Virus record (IMG/VR): IMGVR_UViG_3300045538_000409
Strand: one strand, 5' to 3'
Length of the DNA stretch: 64,000 nt
From: a virus
Taxonomy: Duplodnaviria > Heunggongvirae > Uroviricota > Caudoviricetes
Part shown: one piece after another, positions 28,391 through 35,870 of the stretch
How positions within the stretch are numbered: position 1 is the first letter of the stretch
Layout: every line of letters starts with the position of its first letter
Notes under the pieces: generated by a model
What the model saw: the letters and a program-made list of their open reading frames with translations, nothing else
Told to the model about the DNA's origin: nothing
The model's database searches: none
Program-made: the position numbers and the translations under genes

Positions 28391-29557
28391 ATGAAACAAA
28401 TAATTAAAAAAATGGTTAAACAAAAGTTACTTAAAGAAGAGAGGATAAAGTTAAATATACCTATTCCTGATGACATAATACAAATTAAAGATATATTCGT
28501 CAATAACGGATATAAGTTATATATTGTGGGTGGTTCTGTACGTGACTCATTACTTAACAAACCTATTAAGGATTACGATTTAGCTACTGACGCAACACCA
28601 GACCAAGTTGAAGATATAATGAATAAATCTGGTTTTAAAACACTACCAACTGGTAAAGCATTTGGGGTTATAAATGTGTTTACAGATACTAATGAATACG
28701 AAGTGGCCACGCTTAGGTCAGATGGGGAATATACAGATTCAAGGAGACCTGACTCAGTAACATTCAGCGATATAAACTCAGATGCAGCCAGAAGAGACCT
28801 GACATGTAACGCTTTATATTATGATATAGATACCAAGGAAGTCATTGACTTAGTTGGTGGTATAAATGACCTTAGAAAAGGTATAATACGAACTGTAGGT
28901 AAACCAGAAGATAGATTTAAAGAGGATAAGTTAAGAATTCTAAGAAGTATTCGTTTTGCGGGTAGATTTGGTTCAGAATTGGACCCCAACATTGATAAAG
29001 TATTAAGTAATGACAGTAGTCTTAAAGGTATATCACCTGAAAGGATTAGAGATGAGTTCTTAAAGACGATTAAAAGTGCTAAGAGCATACAACAAGTATT
29101 TTTATTAATTGATAAATATAAATTATGGAATGAAATTTTTCCAGGTATTGATATCAATAAGAAGTTTGTTGAATCCAAAGACCCAATTATTGTTATCAGT
29201 ACCCTTATATTAGGTAACGAACCATCGAACTTAAGTAAGATTTTAAATAAATTAACATATTCAATAAGTGAAAATAAAGCTATTACTTTTTTAATTTCAT
29301 TTAGTACATTTAACGATATAAACAATGTGTACAAGATGAAGAAACTATTTAACGCTTCAAATGTTACTAATGAACAATTAAGAGAATTTAATAATATTAA
29401 TAAAATCTTACCAAGTAATGTCGTTGACACATTTATTAATTTCCAACTTAGCGTTACTGGCGACCAAGTTCAAAGTGAATTAGGAATTAAACCAGGACCA
29501 GAAATGGGTAAAACTATTGAAAAAATGGAAATTGATAACTTTAATAAACTTTTATAA
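28391..29557 (+). CDS. cca: tRNA nucleotidyltransferase (CCA-adding enzyme), with N-terminal CTS-like extension
   Basis: Head-domain motifs LYIVGGSVRD, DYDLATDA, RRD(L)TCNALYYD and ATLRSDGEYTDSRRPD. N-terminus MKQIIKKMVKQKLLKE precedes the catalytic core. Confidence 0.8.
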   Translation: MKQIIKKMVKQKLLKEERIKLNIPIPDDIIQIKDIFVNNGYKLYIVGGSVRDSLLNKPIKDYDLATDATPDQVEDIMNKSGFKTLPTGKAFGVINVFTDTNEYEVATLRSDGEYTDSRRPDSVTFSDINSDAARRDLTCNALYYDIDTKEVIDLVGGINDLRKGIIRTVGKPEDRFKEDKLRILRSIRFAGRFGSELDPNIDKVLSNDSSLKGISPERIRDEFLKTIKSAKSIQQVFLLIDKYKLWNEIFPGIDINKKFVESKDPIIVISTLILGNEPSNLSKILNKLTYSISENKAITFLISFSTFNDINNVYKMKKLFNASNVTNEQLREFNNINKILPSNVVDTFINFQLSVTGDQVQSELGIKPGPEMGKTIEKMEIDNFNKLL

Positions 29558-29577
29558 TATTTATATTTAAAAAACAT

Positions 29578-30258
29578 ATGAGAAGATTTGATAAAAATTT
29601 AAACATACAAAAAGCTAACCTATTAGCCGAACAAAGATACCTTGAGTCAAAGGAATTGTTAAAGGAAGAATCAATGAATTTAATAAAAGAAGAACAATTT
29701 ACAGATTTATTCAAATTCATAGCCCAAGACCCCAAGAAAATGACACAAGGTAGTGCTTATTATGTGGCAGACCTAAATTCTTCAATGAATAAAAACATTG
29801 TTGATGATGATGGTAATAAAATACCTAATCCTATGTACGGTAAATTATATAAACACACTAGATTCTTATTTAAATGGGAAGATACCTACTTAAAAGCTAT
29901 GGACAGAGTAGACCCAGAACATATCGCTGGTAAAAGAAGTGGTAATTACGAGAAAGTACAAGGTTATGATGTATTAGAAACAGGTAAAAGCGGTCTATAT
30001 TTACCAATAATACCAACTGGTAGTGAATATCAATATGTTGTCGATAACAATGGCAATATGGAGGTAATCGACAAAGAAACTGTTAAGAAATACTTAAGAC
30101 CAATGTCACCATCAACTATTTCCGCAACAGAAGCTGGTAAACCACTATTTAGACCACTTATTATTGATAAGGTGGCTAAAATAACTGGTGGTGGTAATGT
30201 TTGGAAAAATCCTAACTTTAAAGGTGTATATATGGGACCAGGTTCAACTACTAATTAA
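29578..30258 (+). CDS. hypothetical protein
   Basis: 226-aa ORF. Confidence 0.45.
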   Translation: MRRFDKNLNIQKANLLAEQRYLESKELLKEESMNLIKEEQFTDLFKFIAQDPKKMTQGSAYYVADLNSSMNKNIVDDDGNKIPNPMYGKLYKHTRFLFKWEDTYLKAMDRVDPEHIAGKRSGNYEKVQGYDVLETGKSGLYLPIIPTGSEYQYVVDNNGNMEVIDKETVKKYLRPMSPSTISATEAGKPLFRPLIIDKVAKITGGGNVWKNPNFKGVYMGPGSTTN

Positions 30259-30521
30259 TATTAAATTATTTACCTGAATATCAACTAGTTATAAATTAAT
30301 TAAAAAATAATTTTAAAATTTACTTGTATTATTAAACTTTTTATCATATATTTGTATATATATATTAATTAAAGAAGTAACAAAAAAAATGAAAACAATT
30401 AACATACATATGATTTGGAATAGTAATTCGAGACGTATTAGTCTAGACGAATCAGGTATGTTTATTCAAAAATTCATGTAAATAATTATAACAGAATAAA
30501 AAAGAATAATAGAAAAGATAC

Positions 30522-30556
30522 AAAGCCTGAATTTATAAATTCAGGCTTTTTTTATT
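30522..30556 (+). terminator. intrinsic terminator
   Basis: AGCCTGAATTTA-TA-AATTCAGGCTTTTTTT. Confidence 0.75.
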
Positions 30557-30565
30557 TAATAAATT

Positions 30566-30754
30566 ATGGAAAATAACGAAAAGAAAATTAAAATACTTGG
30601 TACCGAAAATCTAAACGAATTAGAAAAGGGTGCAACTAATCTATACACTAAGTATAGCAAGATTGCTGAAGCATTAGGTTTGTATGGAAAAATTGGTTTT
30701 AAGAAGGAAAATGATAAAATTATCTTTTACGTAAGTAAGGATAATGGAGAGTGA
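30566..30754 (+). CDS. hypothetical small protein
   Basis: 62-aa ORF. Its stop lies inside an 8-bp closing stem of a structured 3' element. Confidence 0.4.
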   Translation: MENNEKKIKILGTENLNELEKGATNLYTKYSKIAEALGLYGKIGFKKENDKIIFYVSKDNGE

Positions 30755-30841
30755 ACTGGTCAGGGCACCAGGCTTCCCTGCTAAGGAATGCGTGCATTAT
30801 TGCATTGGCTTCGATTGCTACACTCTCCGCTTTTTTTTTTG
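30746..30841 (+). other. structured 3' element closed by 8-bp helix GGAGAGTG/CACTCTCC + U-tract
   Basis: The helix arms are at 30746-53 and 30821-28. Internal hairpins are CTGGT-CAGGGC-ACCAG and TGCA-TTAT-TGCA. The stop codon of ORF 30566..30754 lies inside the 5' arm. Confidence 0.45.
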
Positions 30842-30868
30842 TAAAATTACTAAATATTAAAAAAAAAT

Positions 30869-30879
30869 TAGTATATTTG
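30869..30879 (+). promoter_or_regulatory. promoter motif TAGTATATTTG upstream of Pnk-2H gene
   Basis: Exact recurrent 11-mer. Confidence 0.45.
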
Positions 30880-30894
30880 TAAAAAATAAAATAA

Positions 30895-31842
30895 ATGAAG
30901 AGTAATATAAGAAAAATCTTAAGGGAAAATGTTAATACTAATGTATTAGGTATAACGATTACAAGACCAAATCAAGAATTGATTGTAATGGTAGGAATTC
31001 CTGGTAGTGGAAAATCTACAAAAGCTAAAGAATTGGTTGGTAATGGTCAAATTTTTTCAACTGATGATAGAATTGAATCACAAGGTGATTATTTAGAGTT
31101 TTTTAACAAAATGATTAATTCTAAGGATTTCACACCATTAAGTAATATGCACAACTTGAATTTCACAATGGCAAAAAAAGCCATGAAGACAGGTACAACT
31201 CCAGTAATTATTGATAACACTAATTTATCACCATCTGAATCTAAGAAATATGTTGAAGAAGCCTTATTATTAGGATATGCTGATGATAATATTAAATTTA
31301 TTGAAATTGGTACTGGTGGTTTATCGGCTGAAGAATTGGCAAATAGAAACACTCATGGTGTTCCGCTGGACAAAATTCAATCAATGATTCAAAAATATAA
31401 TTCACATAAACCAATGACTCTTAATAAAGTTTTAAATTCAAAATCAATTGATAATAAAAAAACTAACTTAATTGCTAGTTTAGTATTAGATGATACATCG
31501 CACGATAAATTAATTAAACTAGTAAAGGATTACATCCCTAAAGGTTGGAAAGTTTTTGCACATCATATGACTATTAATTTTGGGAATGGGTTACCTGAAA
31601 ATCTTAAGAGTGATTTAGGTAAAGTTAAATCTATTACTGCAACTGAGATTGGCGTTTCTGATATGGCTATAGCGGTAAGGGTTGAAGGATATCATTCGGA
31701 TAACAAAATTCCTCATATTACTATAGCGGTTAATGTGGCAGAAGGTGGTCGCCCTGTAATGTCTAATAATATTACTAATTGGAGCAAATTAGAAAATAAA
31801 ATTAATCTATCTGGAGTCATTTCTGAAGAAAAATTGAATTAA
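30895..31842 (+). CDS. polynucleotide 5'-kinase (T4 Pnk-like) fused to 2H-family cyclic phosphodiesterase; CTS-like N-terminus
   Basis: P-loop IVMVGIPGSGKST. Blocks VIIDNTNLSPSE and HGVPLDKIQSMIQKY are collinear with T4 Pnk (GCPGSGKST, VIISDTNLNPERR, VPIDVLRSMYKSM). The C-terminus has two H-x-T motifs (HHMTI, HITIA), a 2H phosphoesterase signature. N-terminus MKSNIRKILRE. Confidence 0.75.
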   Translation: MKSNIRKILRENVNTNVLGITITRPNQELIVMVGIPGSGKSTKAKELVGNGQIFSTDDRIESQGDYLEFFNKMINSKDFTPLSNMHNLNFTMAKKAMKTGTTPVIIDNTNLSPSESKKYVEEALLLGYADDNIKFIEIGTGGLSAEELANRNTHGVPLDKIQSMIQKYNSHKPMTLNKVLNSKSIDNKKTNLIASLVLDDTSHDKLIKLVKDYIPKGWKVFAHHMTINFGNGLPENLKSDLGKVKSITATEIGVSDMAIAVRVEGYHSDNKIPHITIAVNVAEGGRPVMSNNITNWSKLENKINLSGVISEEKLN

Positions 31843-31914
31843 ATTTTAAATATAATTTGGTTTACTGAAATATTCTTATTACATTTGTCTAATAATTAAA
31901 AAAACAAATAAATT

Positions 31915-32391
31915 ATGAATATTTTTGTATTAGATGAAGATGTAAAAAAATGTGCTGAGTATCATTTAGATAAACATTCCACTAAAATGTGTGTGGAATA
32001 TAGTCAAATTTTATGTAGCGTTCATCACATGACCGCAGAAGTTACTACAGAAGTACCTTATAGGTTAACGCATAAAAACCACCCTTGTTCAATATGGGCT
32101 AGAGAATGTATCGAGAATTATATATGGTTATGTGATTTAGGTTTAGAATTATGTAAAGAATACACACATAGATATGATAAGCGTCATAAGAGTCAAGATG
32201 TTATTGAATGGTGTATTATTAACAAACCAAATCTACCGACACATAATAAACTCACACCGTTTGCGTTAGCCATGCCAGATGAATATAAGTGTGATAATGC
32301 TATATCATCGTATAGAAAGTACTATATAATGGATAAAGGACACTTAGCAAATTGGACAAAAAGAAAAAAACCATTTTGGTTTGCAATTTAA
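31915..32391 (+). CDS. hypothetical Cys/His-rich protein
   Basis: 158-aa ORF with HPCSIWARECIENYIWLC...C; family not recognized. Confidence 0.45.
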   Translation: MNIFVLDEDVKKCAEYHLDKHSTKMCVEYSQILCSVHHMTAEVTTEVPYRLTHKNHPCSIWARECIENYIWLCDLGLELCKEYTHRYDKRHKSQDVIEWCIINKPNLPTHNKLTPFALAMPDEYKCDNAISSYRKYYIMDKGHLANWTKRKKPFWFAI

Positions 32392-32400
32392 ATAAAAAAG

Positions 32401-32411
32401 TAGTATATTTG
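32401..32411 (+). promoter_or_regulatory. promoter motif TAGTATATTTG
   Basis: Exact recurrent 11-mer; ATG at 32416. Confidence 0.45.
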
Positions 32412-32415
32412 TAAT

Positions 32416-32685
32416 ATGAAAGAAAATAAAACTAACGAAAGACGTAAAGACGTCTCTGACAAACTGCTAAAAATAGCAGATTCCCTACGAACGGAAGGGA
32501 TTGAAAATAACGACATGAATTTAGAACTTGGTGCCAATATGATTATGTTAATTGGTGGAATTCTAACTAGTGACGAAGATTTAAAAACATTATCCGAGTT
32601 ATGTGCGATGTATTCTGCTAAAAAAATATTAGACAATATGAGCAATTTTGAAGGGATGGATTTAAATGATATTTTCGAAGAATAA
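32416..32685 (+). CDS. hypothetical acidic protein
   Basis: 89-aa ORF. Confidence 0.4.
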   Translation: MKENKTNERRKDVSDKLLKIADSLRTEGIENNDMNLELGANMIMLIGGILTSDEDLKTLSELCAMYSAKKILDNMSNFEGMDLNDIFEE

Positions 32686-32828
32686 TAAATTTTTTTTAAC
32701 TTTAAATAATTAAAACATGAAAGGAGCATTAGGACTTATAGTATTAGCAGCGGTTATTTATGTATTTTGGATAACTGGGGTAATAATCAAAAGAACAAGA
32801 AATAAAAACAAAGATAAAAAAGATTAAT

Positions 32829-33179
32829 ATGAGTTGCGATTATTTAAAAACATTTGATATAATATCAAAGTCACTATTCTTAATAGGTGCTTTATTTATT
32901 ATAGTTAAACCATTAAATATTTGGTTTTATGAAAAAATTGGTTTCATATTAAAAGATAGTAAACATTCAAGGTATTTATTACCCACCTTTGGTTTTGAGG
33001 CATATTATAGTAAAGAATCGTCTATACTTAGAGCTGCGTTTTTGCTTATATACTGGACAATGCAAACAATTTTTTTATTTATAATAACAATTACAATAGG
33101 TCTTATATGGCCTTTATTGATAGTATTTGTATTAGTATGGGGGTTTATATACATCACCGATAAATTTAAAAAAGATTAG
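32829..33179 (+). CDS. membrane protein, paralog of next gene
   Basis: LFLIGALFIIVKPLNIWFYEKIGFILKDS matches IFFSIGTLFIIVKPLNIWFYKKIGLDINKD in ORF 33182. Confidence 0.45.
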   Translation: MSCDYLKTFDIISKSLFLIGALFIIVKPLNIWFYEKIGFILKDSKHSRYLLPTFGFEAYYSKESSILRAAFLLIYWTMQTIFLFIITITIGLIWPLLIVFVLVWGFIYITDKFKKD

Positions 33180-33181
33180 AT

Positions 33182-33490
33182 ATGTATTTTGGCATTGGAT
33201 TTACGTTAGGAATTATTTTTTTCTCTATTGGTACATTATTTATTATCGTTAAACCTTTAAATATTTGGTTTTATAAAAAAATAGGGTTAGACATCAATAA
33301 AGATACACACTATGATTTAATAGATATTGCACATGATAGTCATTTTAGTGAAGAAAATAAATTAGGTAATTTTATAGTGTATTTTTTTATACATATCGTT
33401 GCATTATTCTTAATTACAGTATTGGTAATATTATTATACCCATTAATTGTATTAAGCATCTTTGGTTATGTTATTTACAGATTATTTTAA
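33182..33490 (+). CDS. membrane protein, tandem paralog
   Basis: See the previous entry. Confidence 0.45.
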   Translation: MYFGIGFTLGIIFFSIGTLFIIVKPLNIWFYKKIGLDINKDTHYDLIDIAHDSHFSEENKLGNFIVYFFIHIVALFLITVLVILLYPLIVLSIFGYVIYRLF

Positions 33491-33496
33491 AAAGTT

Positions 33497-33898
33497 ATGA
33501 AGGTTAGAACAGAAAATGACGAGGTAATAGAATGGAAAAATAAAGATGGTCTATTACATAGAGAAGATGGTCCAGCAAGAGAATGGTTAGATGGAGATAA
33601 ATCATGGTGGTTAAACGGAAAATACCATAGAGAAGATGGACCCGCTATTGAATGTGCAAATGGAGATAAATACTGGTGCTTAAATGGAGAATTTCATAGA
33701 GAAGACGGACCTGCTTTTGAAGAGCCTAGTGGGTATAAGGCATGGTGGATAAATGGAAAACTCCATAGAGAAGATGGACCCGCAAGAGAATGGGCAAATG
33801 GGAATAAAGAATGGTGGTTAAATGGAGAAGAGTTAACTGAACAAGAATTTAATGACCTAATATTAAAGAAAAGATTACAAAGAATAATTAATTTTTAA
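33497..33898 (+). CDS. tandem 23-residue repeat protein (MORN-variant-like HREDGPAxEWxNGxKxWWLNGK repeats)
   Basis: At least 4.5 consecutive copies of the HREDGPA(R/I/F)E(W/C/E)xNGxK(S/Y/A/E)WW(L/I)NG(K/E) repeat. Confidence 0.55.
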   Translation: MKVRTENDEVIEWKNKDGLLHREDGPAREWLDGDKSWWLNGKYHREDGPAIECANGDKYWCLNGEFHREDGPAFEEPSGYKAWWINGKLHREDGPAREWANGNKEWWLNGEELTEQEFNDLILKKRLQRIINF

Positions 33899-33911
33899 AA
33901 ACAAATAAGAC

Positions 33912-34169
33912 ATGGTAATTTTATATTTTTTAGTAACATTTGTTATATTTTTCTTCATGTATAAGAAATACTGGCCTTTAATCAATCGTAAAATGAAGAT
34001 ACATGGCTATTATAATTGGATAGATTGCTCAGAGTTTTGGATAATGATTATTATCCCATTATTTTGGGTAATTTCACTACCATTATATTTTTTATGGTTA
34101 TTTTTGGATTATATATACGAAAGATATATCGTAAATAAGGATAAAACGGGGAACGCTGAAAACCGTTAA
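33912..34169 (+). CDS. small membrane protein
   Basis: 85-aa ORF with two TM helices. Confidence 0.4.
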   Translation: MVILYFLVTFVIFFFMYKKYWPLINRKMKIHGYYNWIDCSEFWIMIIIPLFWVISLPLYFLWLFLDYIYERYIVNKDKTGNAENR

Positions 34170-34207
34170 TAGAGTAAGCAAATAGCAATTTAATTTAAAT
34201 TTTAAAA

Positions 34208-35008
34208 ATGAAAAAAGTAATTTATTTAGCAATGGCAATCTTTGGGTTATCATTGACATCATGCGAAACAGTATCTCCAGGACACAAGGGTGTGGAAATT
34301 TCTTGGGGTGGTGAGACAAATTTACAAACAACTTATAATGAAGGTATGGCAACTGGTCTACACTGGATTTGGGATGAAATGGTAGAGTACGATGTTAGAC
34401 AAAAAACGCTAGTTGAAAAGTTTGAGTTTAACGACAACAACAACATGACAACTAATGTGGAAATATCGTTAGATTATAACTTAAATCCTGATAAGGTAAC
34501 TTTGTTACATACTCAGATTAGTGATATTGAGACAAAAATCCTCAAGACACTTAAGTCAGCAGGTAAGGAAGTTGTTCCACAATATTCGGCAGTTGAATTG
34601 AATATTACTAAGAGGCAAGAAGCGGAAGATAAACTTAACGCAATCCTTGCTAGGGAATTACCAGAATTCTATGTTCAATTAGCGAGAGTTCAAATGACTG
34701 ATGTTGACATCCCACCAGCAGTAGCTAAATTAGCTGAAGAAACAGCAGTTCAACTTGGTAGAAATGAATTAGCAACTAAGAAAGAAGCTGAACAAAAGTC
34801 ATTAGCTAAGGCTAAGGTAGCAACAGCACAAGGTAATTTTGACGCTGGTATTCTAGATGCTAAGACTAAGGAGTTATTGTCTAAACCAGAATTACTTAAG
34901 TTGAAAGAATTAGAGGTTGATATGGAATACGCTAAAAAAGGTGTTTCAAAATATGGAACTAACAATGTCTTTGGTGGTAATGGTGCAACTGTCATTAAAG
35001 GTTTATAA
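34208..35008 (+). CDS. SPFH/band-7 (prohibitin/HflKC-like) domain lipoprotein
   Basis: Lipobox LSLTSC, then VSPGHKGVEISWGG...VEYDVRQKT, typical of the SPFH domain start. Confidence 0.6.
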   Translation: MKKVIYLAMAIFGLSLTSCETVSPGHKGVEISWGGETNLQTTYNEGMATGLHWIWDEMVEYDVRQKTLVEKFEFNDNNNMTTNVEISLDYNLNPDKVTLLHTQISDIETKILKTLKSAGKEVVPQYSAVELNITKRQEAEDKLNAILARELPEFYVQLARVQMTDVDIPPAVAKLAEETAVQLGRNELATKKEAEQKSLAKAKVATAQGNFDAGILDAKTKELLSKPELLKLKELEVDMEYAKKGVSKYGTNNVFGGNGATVIKGL

Positions 35009-35868
35009 TGAAAATTATTAGATATCCAGATGGTTCTTCTTACGTAAAGTTAGAAGAACCAATATCTAAAGAAATAATATTTAGATTAAATACTTACGAA
35101 GATTTGTGGCATTTAAACCAAATTGTTGATGTTTATAATTATAACAATATAGTACCTACCATAACTATACCTAATCTTATAGATGCTCAAGCTGATAGAA
35201 GGTTTAATGATAATGAAAGTAGTGGCTTGAAATTAGTATGTAAATTTTTAAACAATTTAAATGCTAATTTTAAAATATTTCATCCACATAATCCTGAAGC
35301 GGTTGAAGCTTTAATGGATAACGTTAAAATTATTGAGAATCATTCATTTATTAAAGAAGTATTATCTGAAATATATTGTGATAATAATAGTATACTTAGA
35401 GACCTTGGGTTATTTTACCATACTAAATCAGAACTTTACGATAATTTAATTTTATTTTCAAGTGATTCTGGTGGATTCAAACCTCTTATGAAACTTTGTG
35501 ATAAAATTAATTGGAAAGGTGAAACTTTTTCAGCTAGTAAATCTCGTAAATATGAAAATGGTGAAACTAAATTAATACAACAAGTTAATCGTGAAGATTT
35601 TGGTGGTAAAGACATTCTTATTATCGATGACATTTGTGTATATGGAAAAACTTTTAAAGGTTTATATAAATTACTTAAAGAACGTAATTGTGGTAAATTA
35701 TATTTAGCTGTTAGCCATTTGACTATAGAACATCACCCACAAGATAGTGTATTTGAATATTTCGATAAGGTTTTTTGTACGAATAGTAAGTATGACGAAT
35801 ATACTGCTGAAAATGAACTTAGAGAAATGTTAATACCGCAAAATTTAGAAATTATAAAATTATTTTAA
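35008..35868 (+). CDS. PRPP-synthetase-like / type I phosphoribosyltransferase-domain protein
   Basis: PRPP-binding loop DILIIDDICVYGKTF and an N-terminal Prs-like region. Start overlaps the upstream stop (ATGA). Confidence 0.5.
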   Translation: MKIIRYPDGSSYVKLEEPISKEIIFRLNTYEDLWHLNQIVDVYNYNNIVPTITIPNLIDAQADRRFNDNESSGLKLVCKFLNNLNANFKIFHPHNPEAVEALMDNVKIIENHSFIKEVLSEIYCDNNSILRDLGLFYHTKSELYDNLILFSSDSGGFKPLMKLCDKINWKGETFSASKSRKYENGETKLIQQVNREDFGGKDILIIDDICVYGKTFKGLYKLLKERNCGKLYLAVSHLTIEHHPQDSVFEYFDKVFCTNSKYDEYTAENELREMLIPQNLEIIKLF

Positions 35869-35870
35869 TT

